Shown one piece after another: positions 45,674-53,572 of a stretch of 61,753 nt of DNA. Numbering within the stretch: the first letter of the stretch is position 1; each line of letters opens with the position of its first letter. The notes beneath the pieces are model-generated. The model was not told the origin of the DNA. It searched no databases and saw only the letters and a program-made list of their open reading frames with translations. The translations under genes and the position numbers were made by a program. The DNA is from Pseudomonas phage Max. The stretch is from sequence record PP661416.1; one strand, written 5' to 3'.

Positions 45674-45975
45674 TTCGCGGCCTCCGAGTCGAAGAAGCGG
45701 GGCAGGAAGCAGCGGGTGAGCTTCCCGGTGGTGCGGTCGATGTGACGCGCGATCCCGCCCACGTCATGGGCGAAGTTGAGGTCATCCGCCTCCAGGAGGT
45801 CCTTCAGGCGGAGCGGGCAACCGTTCAGGTGAGTCGCCGTCAGGTCCATGGAGGCGCTGAGGCGGTCGAAGGGCCGGGCCGGGAACAGGCGCTGAAACAG
45901 GGCCTCGTGGCGGTCCACGATCTGTTCGATCAGGGCCGCGTCCTCCGGGGTCGCGTCGAAGTTGATGAGGGTCAT
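45670..45975 (-). CDS. hypothetical protein
   Basis: 101 aa. Confidence 0.45.
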   Translation of the reverse strand: MTLINFDATPEDAALIEQIVDRHEALFQRLFPARPFDRLSASMDLTATHLNGCPLRLKDLLEADDLNFAHDVGGIARHIDRTTGKLTRCFLPRFFDSEAAK

Positions 45976-45997
45976 GGCGGGCTCCTTTTCTACAAGG

Positions 45998-46327
45998 TTA
46001 CAGGATGATCTGCTTGACCATCGTCAGCAGGCGGTCGAAGTCGCGGGTGAAGTGGGTGATCTTCAGGCCAGACTTGTTCGGGTGGTAGCACAGGCCCTCC
46101 GGGGTCGCCATTTCAGCGTAGTGGATGGAGTGGACCTGGTTCCAGCTCAGGGTCGCCGGGTTCCAGACTTCCGCCCGGGCGAAGGACTGGAACTTGTAGC
46201 TGTCGGACTTGATCGTGAGGCGCACCTTGAAGTCGCCCAGGGACAGGACGCGGCGGGCGGTCACGTCCTGGCGACCTTGGTTGATGGTCTCCTCCAGGAG
46301 GTTGGTCTTGGGGGCGGTCTTGCTCAT
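45998..46327 (-). CDS. hypothetical protein
   Basis: 109 aa, AAGGAG RBS after the hairpin. Confidence 0.45.
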   Translation of the reverse strand: MSKTAPKTNLLEETINQGRQDVTARRVLSLGDFKVRLTIKSDSYKFQSFARAEVWNPATLSWNQVHSIHYAEMATPEGLCYHPNKSGLKITHFTRDFDRLLTMVKQIIL

Positions 46328-46354
46328 GGTTTTGCTCCTTTTCTGGGAAGTTCG

Positions 46355-46375
46355 GGGCGGATCGGTTCCGCCCCG
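46355..46375 (-). terminator. GC hairpin GGGGCGGA-TCGGT-TCCGCCCC after the ArdB gene
   Basis: Perfect 8-bp stem, intergenic. Confidence 0.35.
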
Positions 46376-46384
46376 ATGGGTTGG

Positions 46385-46795
46385 TCAGTCGATGGCGGCG
46401 ATGATTTCCTCAGCCTCCGGGTGGTCGAAGGCGAAGTCACGCAGCTTGTAGAACAGGTCCACGTAGTCCTGGCGCTGCGGGTACTTCCAGCAGAGGGCGT
46501 TGAACACGAACAGGCAGGTGATCAGGCCCGCGGCGTCTCCGCTGACCTCGCCCGAGTAGCCGTTGGTGTCCACGGTCAGTCGCAGCTTTCGGTTCTCAAT
46601 CGCCGGGGCCAGGTACATCGCGCCGTTGGACAGCTTGTACATGTACCAGTACGCGCCGTTGTACTCCTCGCACATCTTCTGGAGGTGGCTGTACATGGCC
46701 ATTTCGACCCGGAGGAAGTCCGCCCCGAAGTGGGCCGGGAGGACCTGGAGGCGCTGGTCATCGTTGTCGATGCGGGTGGCTGTGATCTTGCTCAT
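46385..46795 (-). CDS. antirestriction protein, ArdB/KlcA family
   Basis: LPAHFGADFL...CEEYNGAYWYMYKLSNGAMYLAP...GEVSGDAAGLITCLF...DHPEAEEIIAAID aligns along its length with E. coli KlcA. First gene after the promoter at 46829..46857. Confidence 0.75.
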   Translation of the reverse strand: MSKITATRIDNDDQRLQVLPAHFGADFLRVEMAMYSHLQKMCEEYNGAYWYMYKLSNGAMYLAPAIENRKLRLTVDTNGYSGEVSGDAAGLITCLFVFNALCWKYPQRQDYVDLFYKLRDFAFDHPEAEEIIAAID

Positions 46796-46828
46796 GTTGA
46801 GTTCTCCATTTCTGATTGAGGTGAAGAA

Positions 46829-46857
46829 AGTATAGTGTGGGCTCCCGAAGAAGTAAA
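46829..46857 (-). promoter_or_regulatory. sigma70-like promoter (-35 TTTACT, 17 bp, -10 TATACT) + conserved RBS cassette
   Basis: gtgaagaaagtatagtg...cgaagaagtaaag. Confidence 0.5.
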
Positions 46858-46871
46858 GCCCCGCCGGGTGT

Positions 46872-47342
46872 TCAAGGAACCCACGGCGGTCGGAGCCCTC
46901 GCGCGGCCCGGTGGCCGGACTTCTCCCGCTCCGCTTTGTCGTGTCGCAGGTCGCGGTCCGCCTCCGCCATGTCCGATCCGGTCCCGAAGCTGAAACCCGG
47001 GACTGAGCCGCGCAGGAGAAGGAGCCGTTGGGTGAGCTGTTCAGCGTCTCCGTCCATGACGGCGAACTCATCGCCCGACACGCGGAACACCCAGTCAGCT
47101 CCGAAGGATCGCACGAGGGCGTCCGCCAGGACCTGGAGGGCTTGATCACCGGCGCGGTGGCCCCAGTTGTCGTTGATCCACTTCAGCGAGTCCAGATCAA
47201 CGAGGGCGACGGCCCGGGCCTCCCCGAGGGCTCCGGTGAAGGCCCTGCGGTTGAGGACCCCGGTGAGGGGGTCCTGGTACAGGGCGGCGTACAACTCTGC
47301 CTCCGACATGCTGCGGAGGGCTTCGAGGAGGTTTGGGCGCAT
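46872..47342 (-). CDS. stand-alone GGDEF-domain protein (motif SGDEF), putative nucleotide cyclase
   Basis: LTGVLNRRAF...VDLDSLKWINDNWGHRAGDQALQ...FRVSGDEFAV. Start MRPNLLEAL with GGAGGA. Confidence 0.65.
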   Translation of the reverse strand: MRPNLLEALRSMSEAELYAALYQDPLTGVLNRRAFTGALGEARAVALVDLDSLKWINDNWGHRAGDQALQVLADALVRSFGADWVFRVSGDEFAVMDGDAEQLTQRLLLLRGSVPGFSFGTGSDMAEADRDLRHDKAEREKSGHRAARGLRPPWVP

Positions 47343-47346
47343 CCGG

Positions 47347-48231
47347 TCAGTCCTCCAGCACCGCGATCCGCTGGACAACGGTTTGGGCCTGGCCGCGGTA
47401 CTCCGCGTGCTCCTTCACGGGGGCCTTGATCTTCAGCTCCTCGCCTTCCTCCGCGTAGAAGGCCCCGGACTTCGACACGAGGCAGGCCCCGGTCGCGCGG
47501 TCGATCATCGTGATGATGTGGACCGTCTCGATGCCATAGCCGTTCCAGGCGTCCCGGGCGAAGGTGTAGCGGCGCACCACGGTCACGTCGAAGGTCATGC
47601 GCTTCTTCGGCTCGCCCACGTACAGGTCGGGCTTCGGCTTCGGCAGGGCGAGGTGCGGGACCCGGCGGGCGACCTCCTGGGCGGTCAGGCGCATCAGGCC
47701 TCCTTCCTCGAAGTCCGGCAGGGTGTCGATCAACCAGCTGATGTAGCCCCGCGGGGCCTCGTGGAACTCCTTGCCCGCGTAGGGTCCGAAGGCGAACTTG
47801 CCGCCCAGGATGGTCTGGCGCTTCTCCTCCTCCTCCGCGGCCCGTTCCGCGGCCCAGCGGTCCTCGCGCTCCTTCCGCTCACGCTCCCGGCGCTCCAGCT
47901 CCGCGGCGTTGGCGCGGTGAATCGCGTTCATTTCCTCCCGGAGGGAGTCGCGGGAGGTCGTGAGCTTCAGGCCCATGCGCTCAGAGGCTTCCTGGGCCTT
48001 CTCGAAGGCTTCATCAGGGTCCTGGCTCAGGTTCTTCACATGGTAGCTGCGGACCTCGAAGGAGCCCTGATACACGCCATTCACCACGGCGTTGCCCATG
48101 GGGCCAGGACCCGGGACGGCCTTCAGCTCCGTTTCGCGGAGGGTGAAGAAGCAGCCCAGCTCCCCGACTCCGATGAACAGGGTGGGGACGAAGGTGGAGG
48201 GGTTCAGGGTGCGGTTGTGGATGTTGTACAT
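47347..48231 (-). CDS. hypothetical protein with a DUF3820-like C-terminal region
   Basis: Start MYNIHNRT with AAGGAG. FGPYAGKEFHEAPRGYISWLID. Confidence 0.45.
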   Translation of the reverse strand: MYNIHNRTLNPSTFVPTLFIGVGELGCFFTLRETELKAVPGPGPMGNAVVNGVYQGSFEVRSYHVKNLSQDPDEAFEKAQEASERMGLKLTTSRDSLREEMNAIHRANAAELERRERERKEREDRWAAERAAEEEEKRQTILGGKFAFGPYAGKEFHEAPRGYISWLIDTLPDFEEGGLMRLTAQEVARRVPHLALPKPKPDLYVGEPKKRMTFDVTVVRRYTFARDAWNGYGIETVHIITMIDRATGACLVSKSGAFYAEEGEELKIKAPVKEHAEYRGQAQTVVQRIAVLED

Positions 48232-48255
48232 GATCAGGCTCCTTTTCTTGGGTGG

Positions 48256-48275
48256 GGGAGGGCCTGAGCCCTCCC
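48256..48275 (-). terminator. GC hairpin GGGAGGGC-CTGA-GCCCTCCC
   Basis: Intergenic, perfect 8-bp stem. Confidence 0.3.
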
Positions 48276-48281
48276 GGTCGA

Positions 48282-48545
48282 TCACAGCTGGCCGAACTTC
48301 CAGAGGGTCTGGCGACCTCCGCGAGGTCCGAAGCCGATCAGCTCCAGGGAGCCGTCCGCGCGGAGGACCAGCATGTTGATCCGGCGGATCGCGCGGTCAC
48401 CGGCGAAGGTCCGGGCGGCGCTGGCCTTCGCTTCGCGCAAGGTCGGCAATTTCATGCGGTTCTCGACTTCGCCCAGGGAGGCGAGCAGGCCCATGTCGAT
48501 CAGTTCGCGGGCAGCGTGGGTCTGGGGCGGGAGGATCAGGCTCAT
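48282..48545 (-). CDS. hypothetical protein (first gene after the promoter at 48585..48614)
   Basis: GAAATGGAGAACTGAA-ATG. Confidence 0.45.
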   Translation of the reverse strand: MSLILPPQTHAARELIDMGLLASLGEVENRMKLPTLREAKASAARTFAGDRAIRRINMLVLRADGSLELIGFGPRGGRQTLWKFGQL

Positions 48546-48584
48546 TTCAGTTCTCCATTTCTACAAGTTGTTCAACGTGAAGAA

Positions 48585-48614
48585 AGTATAGTGCCATTCA
48601 CCCGAAGAAGTAAA
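48585..48614 (-). promoter_or_regulatory. sigma70-like promoter (-35 TTTACT, 17 bp, -10 TATACT)
   Basis: gtgaagaaagtatagtg...cgaagaagtaaag. Confidence 0.5.
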
Positions 48615-48647
48615 GCCCCAGAACAAACTTTTTTCGACCCGCGAGGA

Positions 48648-48667
48648 GGGAGGGCCGGAGCCCTCCC
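48648..48667 (-). terminator. GC hairpin GGGAGGGC-CGGA-GCCCTCCC between a gene end and the next promoter
   Basis: Identical 20-mer at 30550..30569. Confidence 0.35.
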
Positions 48668-48675
48668 GCTTCGTC

Positions 48676-49284
48676 TCACTTGCCTTCGGCTTCCCGGGCC
48701 TTCGCCTCCGCGGCGGCGATGATGATAGACAGCGGGGTCAGGGTGCCGTTCAGGTAGTAGAAGGCCCGGAGGAAGGTGGTGCCGTGCTGGTTGGTCACGT
48801 AGTGGACGTTGGCGTGGACCGGGAGCCCGCCGAAGATGTCGTGGAGGCGGAGGGCGTTGTTGTACTGCTCCTGGCGCAGCTCCATCAGGTCGCGGATGGA
48901 CTTGGTCACGGCTTCGATCTTGGCGGTGTCGCTGGCGCGTTCGATCTTCACCACCGGAGCGGCCTTGACAGCGGCGCGGAACTCCACCAGGGCTTCGATC
49001 TGGGCGACGGTCGCGGCGGTCTGCGGGAACACGCGAAGGGCGAGGGCGGAGTGCTTGGCCTTCCAGTTGTGCGGGTAGTCGGCCAGGTTCCAGTACACGT
49101 CATCATGATCCGCGGTGCGGGCGTCCCGGTCGATGTCCAGGACCAGGCCGGTGATGTCGCGCTTCAGCAGCTCGAAGGCGCTGTTGAGGTCGCGGAGGGC
49201 TTCTTGTTGAGCGGCCTTGGAGGTGAAACCGGCCTCGAAGCGGGCGGTGGCGCGGTCGGTGTAGAAGGCGGCGGTGCGGGTCAT
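48676..49284 (-). CDS. hypothetical protein (first gene after the promoter at 49331..49359)
   Basis: Start at the second ATG (MTRTAAFY), 6 nt after GGAGAAC. Confidence 0.5.
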   Translation of the reverse strand: MTRTAAFYTDRATARFEAGFTSKAAQQEALRDLNSAFELLKRDITGLVLDIDRDARTADHDDVYWNLADYPHNWKAKHSALALRVFPQTAATVAQIEALVEFRAAVKAAPVVKIERASDTAKIEAVTKSIRDLMELRQEQYNNALRLHDIFGGLPVHANVHYVTNQHGTTFLRAFYYLNGTLTPLSIIIAAAEAKAREAEGK

Positions 49285-49330
49285 GATGTTCTCCATTTCT
49301 GTGGTTGCCGTTCTTGTTGAACGTGAAGAA

Positions 49331-49359
49331 AGTATAGTGGGGGCTCCCGAAGAAGTAAA
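49331..49359 (-). promoter_or_regulatory. sigma70-like promoter (-35 TTTACT, 17 bp, -10 TATACT)
   Basis: gtgaagaaagtatagtg...cgaagaagtaaag. Confidence 0.5.
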
Positions 49360-49384
49360 GCCCCCTCATACAACTTTCTTCGAT

Positions 49385-49576
49385 TCACGGCAACTTGTGG
49401 CGGTCCCGACAGGGCGCACAGACTCCTCCCACCAGCCTCCCGCTCCATTCGCCACACAGGTCGCAGTCGCCCGGCTCCCCGGGCGGTATCTTCGCCGCGG
49501 CCTCCGCGATCCGGGCCACTTCGCGGTCCGTGTCGTGGAGGATGCGGTCATTGCTCAAGTCGATTTCGTCAGCCAA
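49385..49576 (-). CDS. TraR/DksA-type C4 zinc-finger protein
   Basis: CDLCGEWSGRLVGGVCAPC. Confidence 0.5.
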   Translation of the reverse strand: MADEIDLSNDRILHDTDREVARIAEAAAKIPPGEPGDCDLCGEWSGRLVGGVCAPCRDRHKLP

Positions 49577-50141
49577 TCTTGGGTTCTCCTTCAGGGTTGC
49601 CCCGGAGGACGTTCAGGGCGCTCATGAGGCAGATGATCTGGCGGCGGCAGTCCTCCAGGCTGGTGTGAACGGCTTGCGTCCCCTCCGGCTTCGACCAGCC
49701 CCGCTCCTTCGCCAGGTCATACACGGTGCGGGTGTCCCGGGCCATGGAGTATCCCCAGGGAATCGGGACGCCCGCCCGGCGATAGTAACCCTCAAGAATG
49801 GCGACGTCAAAGGACGGCCCCTGGGCCCAGACCCGCTTCAGGTCCGGGTACTTGCCCAACCAGCGGGCGAGGTCGGTCAGCGCGGAGCGCATCGCCTTCG
49901 GCGGGCGCTTGGGCTGGAGTCCGCCCTGGTCCCGCCAGAACTGGACCGTGGAGGCATCGACCTCGCCGCCCAGCATCAGGGCGCTGTGGAGGTCCACGTC
50001 CACCTCGAACAGGTCCGGCTTCACCAATCCGGTTCGGCTGTTGAACGGGATCGCCCCGACCTGAATGACCCCGGCGTTGGGGCCGGTCGCCATCGTCTCC
50101 AGGTCGATCATCACGCTGTCCATCGTGTTGTCGTCACTCAC
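49569..50141 (-). CDS. DnaQ-like 3'-5' exonuclease (DEDDh)
   Basis: VMIDLETM (Exo I), HTSLEDC. GTG start with AAGGAG 7 nt upstream. Confidence 0.65.
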   Translation of the reverse strand: MSDDNTMDSVMIDLETMATGPNAGVIQVGAIPFNSRTGLVKPDLFEVDVDLHSALMLGGEVDASTVQFWRDQGGLQPKRPPKAMRSALTDLARWLGKYPDLKRVWAQGPSFDVAILEGYYRRAGVPIPWGYSMARDTRTVYDLAKERGWSKPEGTQAVHTSLEDCRRQIICLMSALNVLRGNPEGEPKIG

Positions 50142-50142
50142 G

Positions 50143-50424
50143 TCACTTCTCCTTCTTCAGTTTGATCTCATTGAATCGTACAAACTCTTGCCACACGGGG
50201 CATTCCTGGACCGACTCGCCGCCCTCCACCACTTCGCAGTAGGGCACGGCCTCCGTCCGGTTGAGGCAGTTACAGTGGCGGCAGTCGCCGGTCCCATAGT
50301 GCGACTCCCACTGCTCCACGGCGATGAAGTAGCCCGAGCAGCGACCGCCTCCGAAGCGGTGCGGGAACCGATAGGCCCCGCAGGTGCAGACGTACTCCCC
50401 GCGGCGGGGTTTCCGGCGGGCCAT
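50143..50424 (-). CDS. Cys-rich zinc-binding protein
   Basis: CTCG...C...CRHCNC...C. Confidence 0.4.
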   Translation of the reverse strand: MARRKPRRGEYVCTCGAYRFPHRFGGGRCSGYFIAVEQWESHYGTGDCRHCNCLNRTEAVPYCEVVEGGESVQECPVWQEFVRFNEIKLKKEK

Positions 50425-51107
50425 CAGCGGAATTGATAGGGGTCGCGGTGGGGTTCGCCCAGGTCAAGGCGCGGTCCGCGGCGATCCGGTCCGCTGATGT
50501 AGCTGACCCCGACCTGTCCGACCCGCTCATGGACCTCGTTGCGCACTCCCGGCAGCGGCGGTTCGCCTTCCGTCACGCGGTCGATGTACCCTTGGGCACG
50601 GGCCAGGTTCAGCTCCGACCGGCGGCGGGCGTCCCGCTCCGCCTCCAGCTCCTTGCGGAACACCTCCCGCTCCTTGTCCAGCGACCGGCGGGCCTCGTTG
50701 CGCTCGCCTTCGAGGCGTCCGGCGATCCCCTCCAGCTCCGCGATCCGGGCCGCGGCCTTGTCCAGAGCGGCTTGGAGGTTCGAGGCGACGATGTCCCGGG
50801 CCTTGAGCTGGTGATCCAGCCATTCGCGGAAGGTCGCCCCGAGGACGGAGGGCTGACCGTCCGTTCCGTCGCCGCGGTTGTACAGCATCATGGCGAAGTT
50901 GCCGATGTCCACGGGGTCGCCCTTCTCCAGGTGATCCAGCAGCATCACCGCGAGGGTGTCCAGTTGACACTGGTCGGGGTCGTGCCAACCGCCCCGGCCC
51001 TCCGCCCGCTTTTTCTCCAGCTTGCGGCGCATCGCGTCCGCGAAGTCAGCCACGCCTTGGTTGTCGATGAACTCAGCAGCGGCGTCCGTCATGTCGATAT
51101 GTTCCAT
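50424..51107 (-). CDS. hypothetical coiled-coil protein
   Basis: Start MEHIDMTD with GAAACGGAGAAC. Confidence 0.45.
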   Translation of the reverse strand: MEHIDMTDAAAEFIDNQGVADFADAMRRKLEKKRAEGRGGWHDPDQCQLDTLAVMLLDHLEKGDPVDIGNFAMMLYNRGDGTDGQPSVLGATFREWLDHQLKARDIVASNLQAALDKAAARIAELEGIAGRLEGERNEARRSLDKEREVFRKELEAERDARRRSELNLARAQGYIDRVTEGEPPLPGVRNEVHERVGQVGVSYISGPDRRGPRLDLGEPHRDPYQFR

Positions 51108-51133
51108 GTTTGTTCTCCGTTTCTGTCGGGTTG

Positions 51134-51751
51134 TCAATCTTCGTCAGGCAGTCGCCATTCGTCCTTCTTCACCTTCTTCATCTTCGCCTTGCCCAACCAG
51201 TTCGAGGAGGCGAGGTGGAGGGCGTAGTCATGACACACCACCTGCCCGTCGATCAGGCCGAAGTTCTCCGGCTTCAGGTCGGTGAAGAAGTCGGGCAGCT
51301 CCTTCGGCAGTTCGCCATGGGGCAGGGGTCGCGTCCGCTCCTGGATCAGGACGATACCACAGGGGCTGATGCGGCGACACGGGGCGAACCAGCGCGCCCA
51401 GGGGGTGAATTGGACCTCGTGCCACATCTGCCATTCCGCGACATTCTGGAAGGACTGCGCGGTGGTTTCGACCTTAGCCACGAGGGCGGTTTGTCCGTGG
51501 AGGGCATACACCTGGCGGGCGACTCCGAACCCCAGGCGGTCGCCCAAGAAGGTCCTGATGAAGTCGTTTTTCACCACGCTGCCCCACTGTTCGTGATCAA
51601 GTTCCAAGGGGTGTTTCTCCGGTAGGGGTTGTTGGTCGAAGCCCGGGGCCATCATCCCGGGCCAGGTGATCGGTCCCGACTCCGGCGGCGGGGCGGCGGG
51701 CGTCCGCCTGAACAGGCTCCGCAGCCAGCTCAGAACTCGCTCATGATCCAT
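51134..51751 (-). CDS. minimal eukaryotic-like protein kinase fold protein
   Basis: GFGVARQVYAL...VAKV (Gly loop, VAxK), FTDLKPENFGLIDGQVVCHDYA (catalytic loop, DFG-like). Start MDHERVLS with AAGGAG. Confidence 0.45.
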   Translation of the reverse strand: MDHERVLSWLRSLFRRTPAAPPPESGPITWPGMMAPGFDQQPLPEKHPLELDHEQWGSVVKNDFIRTFLGDRLGFGVARQVYALHGQTALVAKVETTAQSFQNVAEWQMWHEVQFTPWARWFAPCRRISPCGIVLIQERTRPLPHGELPKELPDFFTDLKPENFGLIDGQVVCHDYALHLASSNWLGKAKMKKVKKDEWRLPDED

Positions 51752-51890
51752 ATTCTCACTCCTTCGGTCTTGCGCATCTTGAATCGGAGGTTCTTGGCCT
51801 CCTGACAGGCGCGGGCGTAGCCCGTCACCTTCTTGGTTTGAAGGGAACCTCCCGGGACGATCCAGCACAGCTCCCAGCTCCGGTCCTCCT

Positions 51891-52160
51891 TCAAGTTCCG
51901 GCCCTCATCCTGTCCACCGTCTCCTTGCCCAGGACCCGCTCCAGCTCCTCCCAGGAGGTCGCCCGCGAGCCGTCGCCGGTCGGGATGCCTTGGGCCGTCT
52001 CGCGCTGGTCCACGATAGCCTCCACGATAGCCTGGCGGAACAGGGCGAAGGCGAGAAGGCGGAGGCCCCCGTGGATCGCCGCGTCAAGGTTCACCGGCGG
52101 CAACCGCTCCGCCTTGGGCTTGTACGTCCCGTTGGGGCGCTTGTTCGGGTCTTGGTTCAT
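51891..52160 (-). CDS. hypothetical protein
   Basis: 89 aa, GAAGGAGG upstream. Confidence 0.35.
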   Translation of the reverse strand: MNQDPNKRPNGTYKPKAERLPPVNLDAAIHGGLRLLAFALFRQAIVEAIVDQRETAQGIPTGDGSRATSWEELERVLGKETVDRMRAGT

Positions 52161-52164
52161 GGCG

Positions 52165-52452
52165 TCAGCCCTCCTTCACGCAGAGGTCGATGATCAGCAG
52201 GTTGAAGCGGTCCGGGTCGCGCTCCTCGCGGATCGCCTCCCAGTGCCCGCCTTCGATCCGGCGCAGCTCCAGGTGGTAGTTCCCGGGCTCGCCCAGGAAG
52301 GCGAGCTGGTACGCTTCCCCGGTCCAGGCGGCGCGCTCCGGGTAGGTGAGCTGGGTGGGCGAGTCCTTCACGATGTTCCCGCCCAGGCCCCGTCCGTGGA
52401 GTTCGCTCAGGAAGTCGCCCACGTAGGCTTCGACTTGGTCAAATGGTATCAT
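52165..52452 (-). CDS. hypothetical protein
   Basis: Start MIPFDQVEAY, ATGA-coupled. Confidence 0.4.
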   Translation of the reverse strand: MIPFDQVEAYVGDFLSELHGRGLGGNIVKDSPTQLTYPERAAWTGEAYQLAFLGEPGNYHLELRRIEGGHWEAIREERDPDRFNLLIIDLCVKEG

Positions 52453-52454
52453 GG

Positions 52455-52754
52455 TCAGTCCTCGAAGGCCCCGCGGGCGGTTTGGCGTTGAATCTCTGCG
52501 AAGTGGCGCACGAGGCGAGCCCGGCGGAACTCCACCTGGCGGGCGACCGGGGTGCCGTTCAGAACTTCGTCCGCGGTGTGGCGCCCAAACACGCTGTCCA
52601 GGTAGTTGCGGACCTCCTCCGGCTTCGCGGAGGGGATCGCTGCGGCAATCGCCTCGAAGGCCACGGCCCAAGCCTTGCGCGCGGCCTCCTCGCCCTTCTT
52701 CAGGGCGTAGGTTCCGAAGAAGCCATGGCCCGGGTTGTTCGTCTCGATCATCAA
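52455..52754 (-). CDS. hypothetical protein
   Basis: 99 aa. Confidence 0.45.
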   Translation of the reverse strand: MMIETNNPGHGFFGTYALKKGEEAARKAWAVAFEAIAAAIPSAKPEEVRNYLDSVFGRHTADEVLNGTPVARQVEFRRARLVRHFAEIQRQTARGAFED

Positions 52755-52769
52755 TTGTCTCCGTGTTGA

Positions 52770-53099
52770 TCAGGGTTTGTCGTCATCCGGCTTCGGGAGG
52801 AGGGCGAGCAGCGCCCGGCGTCTCCACCACGGGAGTTCCTTCAGCTGGAGCGGTCGCGGTCCGGGAATCGCCAGGGCGGGCGATCCGAAACGATGCGCCA
52901 GCGTGTCAAAATGGCGGCGCAGATCGGCTTCCAGGTAGTCCTCCACAAAATACTCCCGGCGCTGGACGCGGCACCGGACCCGCTCCGAGGCAAGGACGCC
53001 CCGGGCGATGACCAGGAACTCCTCCCAGTCCGCGACCGGAAGGCGTTGCCGGTACTCCTCGAACAGAACGGCCAGGGCCGCTTCGTCCAGGTCTTTCAC
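52770..53099 (-). CDS. hypothetical protein (GTG start overlapping the upstream stop, GTGA)
   Basis: GGAGG 6 nt before the GTG. VKDLDEAALAVLFEEY... The N-terminal extension in the track is spurious. Confidence 0.4.
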   Translation of the reverse strand: MKDLDEAALAVLFEEYRQRLPVADWEEFLVIARGVLASERVRCRVQRREYFVEDYLEADLRRHFDTLAHRFGSPALAIPGPRPLQLKELPWWRRRALLALLPKPDDDKP

Positions 53100-53572
53100 A
53101 GCTGACCTCCGTGTAGTTCCCCGAGGCGCTGATTCAGCCACGCGACCTCCTTGGGCAGGAGCTGTTCCTGGTGGTCCACGAGGTAGCGCAGGCGGCGCAA
53201 CTGTTCCTGGTTCTCGTTGGACAGCTTCGCCACGTTGCTTTCGAGGCGCTTCAGCTTCGCGGGTACGTCCTTGGCGAGTTCCGCCATCAGCCGGCACTCC
53301 TCCCCGAAGGCGCGGAGGGCGTCCCGGGACGCGGCCACGGGGTCGATGTTGTCCCCGTAGTTGTTGCCCAGGTACTCCGCGCAAGCGGCTCCCGCCGTCC
53401 CGATCAGCTGGAGGAGGTGCTGCTGGCTCGCGCATTGGCCCGGGTCGATGTCCGTGGAGGACTTCAAGCCGGGGCGCTTCTGGCTGTACACGAGGACCGT
53501 CACTTGGTACTTGCGGGGGTCCTCCGGGTTGCGCCCGAGGCGGGCCTGGACGCCCTGGATGGTAGTGGTCAT
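53096..53572 (-). CDS. hypothetical coiled-coil protein
   Basis: Start MTTTIQGVQ, ATGA-coupled to MazG. Confidence 0.45.
   Translation of the reverse strand: MTTTIQGVQARLGRNPEDPRKYQVTVLVYSQKRPGLKSSTDIDPGQCASQQHLLQLIGTAGAACAEYLGNNYGDNIDPVAASRDALRAFGEECRLMAELAKDVPAKLKRLESNVAKLSNENQEQLRRLRYLVDHQEQLLPKEVAWLNQRLGELHGGQL

Noticed and set aside
50143-50424. Cys-rich 93-aa protein as an HNH homing endonuclease or mobile element
   Set aside because: Only Cys and His spacing was seen. No HNH Asn/His core motif. No intron or intein disruption of neighbouring genes (polymerase, RNR, TerL all intact). No transposase or integrase anywhere.
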